The position numbers and the translations under genes are program-made. The notes under the pieces are model-generated. The model was not told the DNA's origin, did no database searches, and saw only the letters and a list, made by a program, of their open reading frames with translations. Below, piece after piece: positions 35,808 through 45,437 of a stretch of 64,000 nucleotides of DNA (positions within the stretch are counted from its first letter, which is position 1; each line of letters opens with the position of its first letter). Source of the DNA: a virus. The DNA lies in the IMG/VR virus record IMGVR_UViG_3300014613_000001, positions 64,001-128,000 of that record. One strand, given 5' to 3'.

Positions 35808-37819
35808 CTGCACTTTACCTGGATACAACGCCGCCGCCGGTTGACATGCCGAAGGTGGCCGCGGAAGCTCGACTCTCCGACTCTGCGGACTCGTGGCCCC
35901 GAGAGGTGCACAAGGAACTCTTGAGAGAGTGTCCGTACCTCGGAGCCTACGACGTGTCCCCACAGCTGACGAAGGTGGACGCAGAGCAGGGGTATGGTCT
36001 GGGTTTCGTCCGTGTGAGCAGTAAGTCGGCGACCATGCCGCTCGGACCCGGGTCCGATGCGGTGATGAAGTCGCAAGGTGTTCGCGCGATCCGAGTTCCC
36101 GTCATCATCAAGAACAAGAAACTCCAACCGATGGACGTGTTCTTGGGGGACAAGGGTATCTACCCGATGTCGGATGTCCGAGTCCGTGCGGCGCTCTTTC
36201 GTCCCCAGGTTTTTGACTCCGTGAAGAGCGGGCCTGGGGATACGTCGATATACGATCAGCTCTACCCGCCGTCGAGTCGGCAATCCGGAGGTGGTGGCGG
36301 GCAGGTCAGTTCTGTTTCGCAGACAAAGCTCGGATCAACGAAGCCGACTTTCCTGTTGGAGGCCATCTCCTCAACCATCACCGCGGACGACGTGGCGCGG
36401 ATCAAGCTGGCGATGTCAGAAGATCCGCAGCTCGTGCGCGCGTTGGTGCATAACGACTCGACGCGCCCTTTCATTGAGACCATCGTATCGTTGACACCGG
36501 TGACGACACAGGACGTCACCAAAGTCGCTTCGATGATCGCGCGTCCTACTATCTTCCAGGTGGAGAGGCTCAACGATTCTTACCTGCTGAAGACAGCTGA
36601 CGACACGGCATTTGATCCGCAGGTCACCGAGGTCGATCGGAACACGGCGGTGGAGATCGCTGGAAAAGATCTGGTCGAGCAAGCGGACAACTTCGGCGCC
36701 GGTACGGTCACCATGAACCCCGTCGTTCACGATGACAGCATCGAGGATGAAGAAATCGGCCCGATCACGTCCTTTGGCGAGTATCGAGTCAAGACGCCTG
36801 ACGGTCAGGAATATCTGGGCTGGGTCTTCCCTACCGTCCTCGACTTTGACGGCACATCGCTTCCGTTCATGCTCTTCACGAACGGGGCCGTGTCCGCCAT
36901 TCAGGAATCCATCGTCGGGAGCTTCGTCGGGAAAGGGGTCAACATCATCCGAGGGAAGCCGGAAGGCTATGGCTTCTTCTACCGGGTCACGACAAGTGGT
37001 GGGGTCATCGCTTTCCAGCCGCTCGAGATCGCCAGTAGTTTCTCAGACGAGTCCGGTTCCGGGTTCCTCGGTGAGACGATGATGGCCGAGCCCGTGAAGA
37101 TCGTGTTCAGTGCGGAAGTTCATGCCCCTGTTCATTTGGAAGGCACCACCTATGTTCTTCCATCGGATGTACGATGGGCACCTCTCGGGAAGAAGATGAC
37201 GACGAAGCTGATCAGGGATGCCACGGAGTTCATCAAGACCGCCATGGTGCGGGCCTCGATGAACATGGTCCGTGTCATCTCTGACGGGCACACCTGGTCT
37301 TTCAATGGCCCGCCGCTCGAGAAGGTAGCGTATCGGTGGCGCGAGGGTCTCGGCGGCGCTGACGCAGCTTTCATGGCCAGTGCGCTCGGGATGTCCAATG
37401 AGCTCGCCCTGAAGACGCTCATCAAGTCAGCTCGTGAGCGCGATGCCGTGTTCGTCCCGAACTGCCGAGCCATTGGTTCGCCAGGTGTAAAGCTGGCTGC
37501 GGCTCGTCAGAGGGCCAAGAGTTTGTGGGACGCCGTGCCCCGTCGCCGATCTCTGTTGAAGGAGGCGGCAGCGCTGGATGACGTGACGACCATCGACAAG
37601 ATTCTCAGCCTCGGTTTTATCAGCCCCGAGAATGCGCAGATCTTCGTGAGTTGGCTTCCGGACCTCGAGGAGGCACTCCAGAAGCTGGCTTCATTGCTGC
37701 TCGCCGCCCGTCTTGGGCAAGAGGATATCCCCGAACAAGCCTCCAAGAGTGCGATGCTTCAGCTCGAAGAGGTGATCATGGGCTTGAAGAAGCTCATGTT
37801 CCGGAAGGACGGAAAATGA
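35804..37819 (+). CDS. Large virion/head protein with multiple K-x-A motifs
   Basis: KVAA, KVAS, KTAD, KTAM and KEAAA motifs; GGAGG SD; ATGA overlaps with neighbours. Confidence 0.6.
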   Translation: MTALYLDTTPPPVDMPKVAAEARLSDSADSWPREVHKELLRECPYLGAYDVSPQLTKVDAEQGYGLGFVRVSSKSATMPLGPGSDAVMKSQGVRAIRVPVIIKNKKLQPMDVFLGDKGIYPMSDVRVRAALFRPQVFDSVKSGPGDTSIYDQLYPPSSRQSGGGGGQVSSVSQTKLGSTKPTFLLEAISSTITADDVARIKLAMSEDPQLVRALVHNDSTRPFIETIVSLTPVTTQDVTKVASMIARPTIFQVERLNDSYLLKTADDTAFDPQVTEVDRNTAVEIAGKDLVEQADNFGAGTVTMNPVVHDDSIEDEEIGPITSFGEYRVKTPDGQEYLGWVFPTVLDFDGTSLPFMLFTNGAVSAIQESIVGSFVGKGVNIIRGKPEGYGFFYRVTTSGGVIAFQPLEIASSFSDESGSGFLGETMMAEPVKIVFSAEVHAPVHLEGTTYVLPSDVRWAPLGKKMTTKLIRDATEFIKTAMVRASMNMVRVISDGHTWSFNGPPLEKVAYRWREGLGGADAAFMASALGMSNELALKTLIKSARERDAVFVPNCRAIGSPGVKLAAARQRAKSLWDAVPRRRSLLKEAAALDDVTTIDKILSLGFISPENAQIFVSWLPDLEEALQKLASLLLAARLGQEDIPEQASKSAMLQLEEVIMGLKKLMFRKDGK

Positions 37820-38007
37820 TCCAAACATTCACGAGAGAGGAATATCTGTACGCACTGGAGAAGACGGCCAAGGGATCTGTGCGAGACGTTGGTAGGGTTC
37901 AGAAGTTTCTGAAGAGCATCGTTGGAACGCGTCCGTCCCAGGCCAACCCACTCAGCCCCGGAAGGGGTCTCATGGGCTTCGTGGGCCGCCGGGCAAAGAC
38001 AATGTGA
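37816..38007 (+). CDS. 63-aa basic protein with LEKTA leader
   Basis: MIQTFTREEYLYALEKTAKG...; ATGA overlap. Confidence 0.55.
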   Translation: MIQTFTREEYLYALEKTAKGSVRDVGRVQKFLKSIVGTRPSQANPLSPGRGLMGFVGRRAKTM

Positions 38008-38015
38008 AGTGAGGT

Positions 38016-38882
38016 ATGGTTCGACATCCAGCAACCTATTGGGCGAAATTCTATCTGTCCCGCCGCACGCACAGCTATGAGCAGATAGAGGGTCTGCTCA
38101 CGTGCTATAACCTCCCTGGGTTTTCTGTAGACGATCTGCAAGAGCTCGATGCCTCCATGCAATACCCTCGGGTGTTTCGCCCACAGTTGAGAAATGATCG
38201 TACGAGTCAGCGGTTCATCCGCCAGGAGCAGATCTTCGAAGCGTGGCATCCGTGTGCGGACATGAAGGCCGCGATAGCGATCCTCGATGATCACACACTT
38301 CGTCAGCACATAGAGACATTGATCCTGTCACCCGTGCGTCCTGAGCAAGCAGTGAGGAAGTTGGCAGAGAGGCTCAAGGTCAATCTCACCGTGCGATCCT
38401 ACGAGTTCTTTCGCCATTACTTCTGGAACCCCCGGCTCCTGACCTCGACTGAGTGGGGGAGATTTATCCGCGAGCGCGAGAGCACGAACCAGGAGTGGCT
38501 CCAGCTCGCGAACAGCACGGACGGACCCGAGGGTGTGAAGCTCCTTCTGTGGAAGACCGGGCTGGGTGGCATATCGAAGATTGATTCGAATCAAGGGTTC
38601 GCCCGGGCGAAGGCCGTAGCTTTCCTCATGCTCGAGCAGCTCTACATGGATGCGCCATCCCCAGCTCACTCAAAGATGTTCCTGAGCTACCTTCAAGCTG
38701 CGAAGATGGCGCAGGAGGGAGAGGACGAGAGCGCAAACGCTGTTCAGGATATCGTGCAGGCGTTCAAGTCGTTCAAGCTGCGAACACAGATCGTGAAGAC
38801 CAAGACTGTGAAGCAGCTCACCGAGGGAAACTTTTCACCTCCGGAGATCGTGAACGACGACGATGAAGGGATGGTGTACTGA
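38016..38882 (+). CDS. Hypothetical protein
   Basis: 288-aa ORF with GAGG SD. Confidence 0.7.
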   Translation: MVRHPATYWAKFYLSRRTHSYEQIEGLLTCYNLPGFSVDDLQELDASMQYPRVFRPQLRNDRTSQRFIRQEQIFEAWHPCADMKAAIAILDDHTLRQHIETLILSPVRPEQAVRKLAERLKVNLTVRSYEFFRHYFWNPRLLTSTEWGRFIRERESTNQEWLQLANSTDGPEGVKLLLWKTGLGGISKIDSNQGFARAKAVAFLMLEQLYMDAPSPAHSKMFLSYLQAAKMAQEGEDESANAVQDIVQAFKSFKLRTQIVKTKTVKQLTEGNFSPPEIVNDDDEGMVY

Positions 38883-39247
38883 TGTTCAATGAACCGATTG
38901 AGCAGGTCAGTTCCGCAAACACGGGGGCTATCATTTTGACACCGGTCGACCTCACCCTGTTCACTGCTGAGTATGTTTCCCGTGTGCCTGATCTGATCAT
39001 ACACATTGGCCGGAAGGGTGAGCTCTTGTGGCGTCGACGTGATGCACAGCTCATCTGGGACGCCATGGTAGAAACTTTCCGCTTGCAAGATCGAGAGGAT
39101 CGTCTCCGTGTCGAGTTCGTTCCAGAGGCCTACGGGTGGTGTGTCATCGTCTTCGGGGTCGCGGCGATCATGCCCCCTTCGGATAAGATGATCATGAACT
39201 CGCTGTTGCGATTTGAGGAGATGTACCATGCCAGCCTGGATTCATAG
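38882..39247 (+). CDS. Hypothetical protein
   Basis: 121-aa coupled ORF. Confidence 0.6.
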   Translation: MFNEPIEQVSSANTGAIILTPVDLTLFTAEYVSRVPDLIIHIGRKGELLWRRRDAQLIWDAMVETFRLQDREDRLRVEFVPEAYGWCVIVFGVAAIMPPSDKMIMNSLLRFEEMYHASLDS

Positions 39248-39530
39248 CCGTGCTGAGAAGATGACCGGCGACATGGAGAAAACCTACGGCCCGGAAAAGG
39301 CCAAGCAGGTTGCGTTTGCTGTCGCGACCCAACAGGCACACCGGCTGGGTAAGAGCCCTAAGACTTTCAGAAGCAAGGTCACCGGAAAAAAGGAACGCTT
39401 CGGTACTCCAGAGGCCAAGAGAGAGGCCAAGCAAAAGTTCGACAAGCCGCTCAAGGAGTACAAGAAGACAGCCTCTGCGGCCGTGTTCGCCGGGTTCACC
39501 GACGAGCTCATAAAGATCATAACCAGCTAA
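39228..39530 (+). CDS. Small basic virion-region protein with KTAS and FTDELIKI motifs
   Basis: GAGGAG SD; C-terminus KKTASAAVFAGFTDELIKIITS. Confidence 0.65.
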   Translation: MPAWIHSRAEKMTGDMEKTYGPEKAKQVAFAVATQQAHRLGKSPKTFRSKVTGKKERFGTPEAKREAKQKFDKPLKEYKKTASAAVFAGFTDELIKIITS

Positions 39531-39570
39531 GGAAAAAGCCAGGATAGGATTCCCGAACGGGGTCCTGGCT
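39531..39570 (-). terminator. Intrinsic terminator (minus strand)
   Basis: AGCCAGG (39537-43)/CCTGGCT (39564-70), followed by TTTTCC on the minus strand. Confidence 0.65.
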
Positions 39571-39968
39571 CAGACTTCGATGTAGTTGACTTTCGCCTCC
39601 GCTTGCTGGATGAACCGGAGCGCCCACCCGGGGGCCTCTATCACCTGGACATATTGCGCGTCCAGGGTACCACCCGTTGATATCGTTTCGACGACTATTC
39701 TCGCCGATTCGAGGTAGTACGCGACGTCCAGAGCTCCACCTATCTTCTCGATGGTGAAGCACCGGTTCAGTCCAGCTCGACTCAGGATCCAGGTCCTGGC
39801 ACCGAACGGTCCTGGCCCCCCGCATGGCCGGAGTCTCCAGCCGCGGCGGGCCGGTTCGGTCGCGGTCGTATGGCCGCTCCCAGCCCATGGGGTGGAGCGG
39901 TGCCAGGCTTCTGCCGTGAATTTTGACAAATTTAGCATGTGATCTCCTTTCAGGGCAACATAAGTCAC
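39570..39968 (-). CDS. Hypothetical protein
   Basis: ORF with AAGGAG SD before MLNLSK. Confidence 0.55.
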   Translation of the reverse strand: MTYVALKGDHMLNLSKFTAEAWHRSTPWAGSGHTTATEPARRGWRLRPCGGPGPFGARTWILSRAGLNRCFTIEKIGGALDVAYYLESARIVVETISTGGTLDAQYVQVIEAPGWALRFIQQAEAKVNYIEV

Positions 39969-40020
39969 CCGAGTTCACATAATTCTTATCCCTGTTTTTG
40001 CTCGTGTTTTGCGGATCGCC

Positions 40021-40431
40021 CTACTCGATATCGACGTTGAGCCCCGGCTCACACACTTCTGGTTTTGATCGAGGAGGTTGTAGGAAGACCCACATCTCTG
40101 CGACCCCCTCTCCGATCCATCCCCAGTCACAGTAGTCGTGCTTTCCGCCAACCTTGGTCTCAACCAGAGGAGGATCCGCCTTTGCCCGACGAGCCGCATT
40201 CGCGATGAGATCCATTATCCGCTTCCCTTGATCATGCGGGAGCTGGGCTTGGGCCTGCGGCAATCCTTTGTGGTAGGCGCAGACGTAGGCGCAGCGCAAG
40301 CATCGGCCGTGCTTCTCGTTGTCTTGGAGCTCCTTTCCTCCCACGGTCATGATGAACAGGTCCGAGAAGGTGTTCCCTATCTGCTTCATGATCGTGTCGA
40401 GCCACGCATATCGTCTACTCTCTTCAGCCAT
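40021..40431 (-). CDS. Hypothetical protein (CxxC...C)
   Basis: 136-aa ORF with GGAAG SD. Confidence 0.55.
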   Translation of the reverse strand: MAEESRRYAWLDTIMKQIGNTFSDLFIMTVGGKELQDNEKHGRCLRCAYVCAYHKGLPQAQAQLPHDQGKRIMDLIANAARRAKADPPLVETKVGGKHDYCDWGWIGEGVAEMWVFLQPPRSKPEVCEPGLNVDIE

Positions 40432-40724
40432 TGTCTTCCTTTCTCATCTAGGAGGACGAACGCGCGTAGGCTTCGCGTCTCGCCCATCACTTCCTTCAGG
40501 GTTGTGTCAACCGCGGCTCGAAGTTCCTTTCGCGGCTTTGTCGAAAAATGGGTCAGTCTGTTGGGGGCATCGACGCGCACGATGAAGCTGCTCATGTCGT
40601 TCTTTGTAATCAGGGCTCCGAGATTATCGGGGCCCCACCAGATGAGCAGCTTTCCCTTGTCGATCCATATGAACCCTTCCTCCTTCATCAGCTTGGCGAC
40701 GAGTGCTTTTTTGATCATCTTCAT
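40386..40724 (-). CDS. Hypothetical protein
   Basis: 112-aa ORF with GGAGG SD. Confidence 0.6.
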   Translation of the reverse strand: MKMIKKALVAKLMKEEGFIWIDKGKLLIWWGPDNLGALITKNDMSSFIVRVDAPNRLTHFSTKPRKELRAAVDTTLKEVMGETRSLRAFVLLDEKGRQWLKRVDDMRGSTRS

Positions 40725-40743
40725 CTACCTCCAACCCTCCTTA

Positions 40744-40776
40744 GCTAGATAGTGACATCTGTCTGCCTCTTATACC
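40744..40776. promoter_or_regulatory. Bipartite motif GCTAGAT-N18-CTTATACC, copy 3
   Basis: GCTAGAT 40744-40750 and CTTATACC 40769-40776, 22 bp before the terminase ATG. Confidence 0.7.
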
Positions 40777-40798
40777 TTGTTTCTGCTATAGTCTGATC

Positions 40799-42658
40799 AT
40801 GTCTTTCGACAGTCTATCGTCCCCCGCCTCGAGCAGTTCTTTCTACGCCGGGATTGATGCCTACCTTGATTCTCTCCAGGCGCTCGAGGGTGGAGAGGAT
40901 CGTGTCTTCGAAGATGAGATCGACGCCCTCCTATGGGAGGCTGACCAGGCAGCTCGAAGGGAAGAGGAGGAGATCGAGGAGGTGCTCTTCGGTATAGAGG
41001 AGAGCGCTGCGTCATTGGAGAACGTGGTGAGCCCGTCGGAGTTCACTCAGTTCGCGATCAAGTTACCTGTTGAGGGGGATTATCTTCCGTTCTCTTTCGA
41101 TGGCCGTCGTTATCTGAAAGAGCCATACGATACGGCCGCGCGCCGTACGCTGCTCAAATGTTCGAGACAGACCGAAAAGTCGACCATGCTAGGTAACAAG
41201 AGCCTGGCCTACTGTGGGATCAACGTCGCTTTCAAGGTGCTCTATGTCAGCGCCACGGCGACACAGGCCCAGGTTTTCTCGGTGGATCGGCTCAAGGACC
41301 CCATTGAGACCTCTCCAGAGTTGAGCTTCCTCGTCGATTCCGGGCTCAGTCAGAACGTACTGTTCAAACAGTTCCGAAACCGATCACAGATCAGGATCAG
41401 GTACGCTTTCCTTCACGCTGACAGGACACGAGGCATTCCTGCGGATCTGATTCTAATAGATGAGATTCAAGATATAATCTTTTCTAACGTTCCGATCATC
41501 GAGCAGTGCGCCAGCCACTCTCCGTGGAAGCTCTACTGTTACAGCGGCACACCGAAGAGTCTGGACAACACCATCGAGGTTTATTGGTCGGAGCACTCGA
41601 CACAGAACGAGTGGGCTGTGCCGTGCGACCGTCACTCTCCCTACTTCTGGAATATCCTCGGTCGCCAGAACATCGGAAAGAAGGGGCCCATCTGCTCGAA
41701 GTGTGGTGCCCCGATCAACCCGGCACATCCGGACGCTCAATGGGTGAGTTTCCAGCCGATCACCAAGGACAACCATGAGCGCGTCACGTTCGAGGGATAC
41801 CGGATCAATCAGTTGATGGTGCCCTGGATCATCAACGATCAAGAGGCGTGGCACGACAGTATTCTCTTCCCGCTCGAGAACTATGGGTCAGCTCAGTTCA
41901 ATAATGAAGTCCTCGGTCTTTCCTTCGATAGCGGGCAGCGCCCCCTCACCCAGAGGATGGTCGCCGTGTGCTGTCAGGGGGACATACACTTCAACGATAT
42001 AGAAAAGAACGTGCTGAGGTGCCACCAACATGGTGGCGTCGCGGTTGGGATCGATTGGGGAAGCGGCGAGAGGGAATCTTACACAGTCCTCTCGCTCGGC
42101 GGATACATGGGCGGTGAGTTCCAGATTTTCTTCTGTCATCGGTTTGTCGCTGAGGATCTCAACGTCCAGCTTCAGATGCTGAAGATCGCCAAGCTCCTGA
42201 CCGATATCAACTTCACGATCTGCGGGACGGACTATGGTGGCGGGTTTGATCGCAACGATTGGTTGATCCGAAACTTCGGTCCTCGAAAGATCGTTCGCTA
42301 CCAGTACGCCTCCAACCCGAAGAAGAAAGTGAAGTGGGAACCGGAGCTTGGCCGCTTCATCCTGCACCGTACCGAGATCATGAGTGACATCTTCAACGCC
42401 ATTCGTCGAAGGAAGATCTGGTTCCCGCAGTTCGAAGAGTTCAGAGTGCTTCACGGTGCCGACATGCTGAACATCTTCAGCGAGTACAACATGAAGACGC
42501 ACATGACGCAGTATCAGGTGTCGCCCGGTAAGTCCGACGATACCTTCCACTCCGTCCTGTATTGTGTCCTGGCCTCCATGTTCTTCAAGCCGCGTCCTGA
42601 TCTGATCATTCCAACGAAGCCTGGTCATGTGGACTTCACCCCTGATCTTACAGCATGA
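40799..42658 (+). CDS. terL: Terminase large subunit
   Basis: KCSRQTEKST Walker A-like, LILIDEIQD Walker B, SGTP, RuvC-like GIDWG and C-terminal DDTFH. Confidence 0.85.
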   Translation: MSFDSLSSPASSSSFYAGIDAYLDSLQALEGGEDRVFEDEIDALLWEADQAARREEEEIEEVLFGIEESAASLENVVSPSEFTQFAIKLPVEGDYLPFSFDGRRYLKEPYDTAARRTLLKCSRQTEKSTMLGNKSLAYCGINVAFKVLYVSATATQAQVFSVDRLKDPIETSPELSFLVDSGLSQNVLFKQFRNRSQIRIRYAFLHADRTRGIPADLILIDEIQDIIFSNVPIIEQCASHSPWKLYCYSGTPKSLDNTIEVYWSEHSTQNEWAVPCDRHSPYFWNILGRQNIGKKGPICSKCGAPINPAHPDAQWVSFQPITKDNHERVTFEGYRINQLMVPWIINDQEAWHDSILFPLENYGSAQFNNEVLGLSFDSGQRPLTQRMVAVCCQGDIHFNDIEKNVLRCHQHGGVAVGIDWGSGERESYTVLSLGGYMGGEFQIFFCHRFVAEDLNVQLQMLKIAKLLTDINFTICGTDYGGGFDRNDWLIRNFGPRKIVRYQYASNPKKKVKWEPELGRFILHRTEIMSDIFNAIRRRKIWFPQFEEFRVLHGADMLNIFSEYNMKTHMTQYQVSPGKSDDTFHSVLYCVLASMFFKPRPDLIIPTKPGHVDFTPDLTA

Positions 42659-42664
42659 CCAGCT

Positions 42665-42699
42665 AAAAGAACCGCCCGCTGCAGAATTGCAGGGGCGGT
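42665..42699 (-). terminator. Intrinsic terminator (minus strand)
   Basis: ACCGCCC/GGGCGGT outer and TGCA/TGCA inner stem, then TCTTTT on the minus strand. Confidence 0.75.
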
Positions 42700-42710
42700 C
42701 ACGCGGCAGG

Positions 42711-43337
42711 CTACGGGGCGGGATGCTGCGCGAGTTGGGCCCTGGCCTGTGCCAGTTCGGCGCGCATGCGGTTGAAATCCGCTTGAGAGATCCCGGCTTC
42801 AACCGCATTCTGGAGCAGCTCCTGGATCTGGCTCAGCTGGGCAGGAGTAACGACCGGAGCTGCCGGAGCTGCCGGAGCCGGGGGTGTCGCCGGGGTGCTG
42901 GCTTGCGCTGCCTTCACCGCCGCAGCGATCTGCTCCATCACCGTCAGCTCTTTGGTCGTGGAGACGGCGGGCCTTGTCGCGTACGCGATCAGCGATCGCG
43001 TACGTCCCTCCAGCCGACGCAGGCCTTGCGCCTGCACTTCGTGGAGACGGTGAGCTTCATACGTTGCCACCGTCCCTCCGACGGCTGCCCCAGCTACCCC
43101 GCCTACGACCAAGCTGGCCGTCATCGGGGTCCCGGCCAGCTGGGAGACGACGGCCCCGCCGCCGACTCCCACTGCCCCGCCCAGGACTACGCCGGCCACT
43201 ATCAGGCCGGCTTCGTCCTTGCTCGACTCCCAGACGCTCTGGGAGAAGAGCTTCTCAGCGTCAAATTCTTCTTCTTCTTTCTCGTACATTTTTCCTCCTG
43301 CAGGAAGGTTTAGCGGAGCACCTAAGTGCTCCTTCAA
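42711..43337 (-). CDS. Gly-zipper membrane protein with Pro/Ala tail
   Basis: LIVAGVVLGGAVGVGGG and LVVGGVAGAAVGG segments, coiled coil, PAPPAPAAPAAP. Confidence 0.65.
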   Translation of the reverse strand: MKEHLGAPLNLPAGGKMYEKEEEEFDAEKLFSQSVWESSKDEAGLIVAGVVLGGAVGVGGGAVVSQLAGTPMTASLVVGGVAGAAVGGTVATYEAHRLHEVQAQGLRRLEGRTRSLIAYATRPAVSTTKELTVMEQIAAAVKAAQASTPATPPAPAAPAAPVVTPAQLSQIQELLQNAVEAGISQADFNRMRAELAQARAQLAQHPAP

Positions 43338-43388
43338 CTATTATCCTTATCACCATAAAGATGTTGGTTTTGCACGATTTATGTGATC

Positions 43389-44117
43389 TTAGTTGGGTAG
43401 CGGGCGGGTGACTTTGAGTTGTCTGAGGATGTCGTCGAAGCCCTCTATGTCCGCGGACGCGAGTCGTTCCATGAGGTTACGACTCGGAGTGAGCTGGGCT
43501 TCGTACTCGATGAACAAGATGGCGAGTTCTTTTACGTTCCTTCGCGCGTGCACGAGGATGTCGCGCAAGCGTTGGAGGTCCAGGTCGGTGTCGAGGTCTT
43601 TGCGCTTGCGGATGAAGTGACTCATGCGCAGCGCGAGATCCAAGAAGACCTTCCATGAATCCCCGACGCAACGTAGGTTGTTGAGCCGGTCGATCTCCTC
43701 TTCGGTAAGCCGCATCAGCATCTCGCACAGGGAGAACATTCGCGACACGGGCCAGTCATCTTGACGAAGCTCGAGCTCGACGTTGCTGTAGAGACTCGAC
43801 AGTTCGTCGTCTGTCATGGACGGGAAGCGGGCCGAGCCAAGATCGTTTACTTGGTAGAGAAGATCGAGGGCGGATTCGAGTCGGTCGACTCTGTTCTCCA
43901 GGAACTTGAGCCGTTTGACAAGCTCTCCTGATCTGATCTCCCCGACGAGCCCATCGCGCAGTACCTCTTCGACGTCTGATCGTCGGACGAGGATCACGCC
44001 TCCCCGTTCTGTCCTTCTGATCAATCCCTCGGCCCAGAGTTGTGTTACCCGATCCTCTGTTGTATCGAGGAGCTCGGCAGCTTCCGAAACCGTTATGAGT
44101 TGGCTGTTGCTTTCCAT
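43389..44117 (-). CDS. HTH (excisionase/MerR-like) DNA-binding protein with coiled coil
   Basis: LITVSEAAELL......V..L...GLI...GG..LVRRSDVE is an HTH_17-like pattern. Confidence 0.65.
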   Translation of the reverse strand: MESNSQLITVSEAAELLDTTEDRVTQLWAEGLIRRTERGGVILVRRSDVEEVLRDGLVGEIRSGELVKRLKFLENRVDRLESALDLLYQVNDLGSARFPSMTDDELSSLYSNVELELRQDDWPVSRMFSLCEMLMRLTEEEIDRLNNLRCVGDSWKVFLDLALRMSHFIRKRKDLDTDLDLQRLRDILVHARRNVKELAILFIEYEAQLTPSRNLMERLASADIEGFDDILRQLKVTRPLPN

Positions 44118-44190
44118 AGGATCATTGCTGTGCTACGTTGATATTAGCAAAGGACCGGGTCTGACGCCCATAGAGAATAGGACGGGGCTT

Positions 44191-45069
44191 ATGGAGACAC
44201 CAGGATACGCGGTGGGCCAATCGTCTGGCGTTGATCCCGAGCGCCTTCGACTTCTAGGAAAACGCGCGAGCGCGATCCACACGGAGTCGGGTCGGCCTCT
44301 GACCGAATCTGTCGTTGAGATTCTCGGTCCGGAGATGGGTTTGACGCCTGAGCACGTGCGCCGGGTCACAGAGCATGCCAACAACCATATGTTCGAGCAG
44401 GCGTTCGCGAAGAGCACCGGAGATCACAGAGTGATCAACTTTGAAGGTGGGCCAGCAGATTCGGCTCTTATTCTTCAGGAGTTGAAGTCAAGAGGTCGGG
44501 AGGATGTCATGAAGACCGCATCCCGCAAGATCATGAAACCTAACGAACTGTTCGTTCCGGGAGCGGACGGTTTGAACTATCATCAGATGGAGAAAACAGC
44601 CTCGCCCCGTATCGAAGATCCATGGCTCAACCCGCATCGAGAGCTCTTCGAACTGCGTGAGAAGCTGAAGACCGCACAGAGCGAGCTCTCCTCTCGGATG
44701 TTCGGTCTCCAGACTCGGTACGATGCCGCTGTCCGTAGCATGCGGAAGGAAGCTCGAGCTGTGGTCATGGAGGGGTACTCTCCCGTAGAGGTGTCCCGGG
44801 TGTATCTTGAGCGTGCTTCGAAGCCGGCGATGGCAAAGCTGGCGCTGAAGTTGGCCGCCGAAGGCGTTGATGATCTGCCGGCCGTCTCCATGACGAAGAA
44901 GGCCTCGGCTTTCGCGAACCGAACTGTGAACCCTGAGCACCCGCTTTGCACGAGCTTTGATACGTTCGCCAAAGTCGCTGAAGAGTTCTACGGGACCGCG
45001 GCGGCTGTCGAGAACATCAAGGTGCAGCTCGGGCGCGTGAATGCTGAGGTTCGAAGGGTCATCCAATGA
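44191..45069 (+). CDS. Head-associated protein with K-x-A motifs
   Basis: Likely start METPG (44191); KTAS, EKTAS and KKASA motifs. Confidence 0.6.
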   Translation: METPGYAVGQSSGVDPERLRLLGKRASAIHTESGRPLTESVVEILGPEMGLTPEHVRRVTEHANNHMFEQAFAKSTGDHRVINFEGGPADSALILQELKSRGREDVMKTASRKIMKPNELFVPGADGLNYHQMEKTASPRIEDPWLNPHRELFELREKLKTAQSELSSRMFGLQTRYDAAVRSMRKEARAVVMEGYSPVEVSRVYLERASKPAMAKLALKLAAEGVDDLPAVSMTKKASAFANRTVNPEHPLCTSFDTFAKVAEEFYGTAAAVENIKVQLGRVNAEVRRVIQ

Positions 45070-45437
45070 TCTTGAAGATCGGAGCAGAGCTCGCCGGCGC
45101 CGAGATGCTTGTTCGGATCATCATGGAAAACGGCGTTGGTGATCTGGGCAAGACAGCTTCGGTGTACGGAGAGATCGGGGCTGCAACAAAAGGGCTCGGC
45201 TCCGGAGTTCAGTCGGTCCTTAGCAAGATCCCGAAGGTCGGACCGGCGTTAGGGACAGCAGGAAATCTTGCTGTTCGTGCCGCACCCTGGGCAGCGGGGG
45301 CATACGGTGCATCCGAGTTGGAGAAAGCTGTCGGCAGTCCCGTTCGTCGACTCGTTCGCCGGAAGACCGATGAGCACAACTATCGGCAGGCCCAGGGTCG
45401 TGCACACTGGAATCCTCAACGAGGGGTGATGATCTGA
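45066..45437 (+). CDS. Small KTAS-leader Gly-rich protein
   Basis: LGKTAS followed by a Gly/Ala hydrophobic stretch. Confidence 0.65.
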   Translation: MILKIGAELAGAEMLVRIIMENGVGDLGKTASVYGEIGAATKGLGSGVQSVLSKIPKVGPALGTAGNLAVRAAPWAAGAYGASELEKAVGSPVRRLVRRKTDEHNYRQAQGRAHWNPQRGVMI

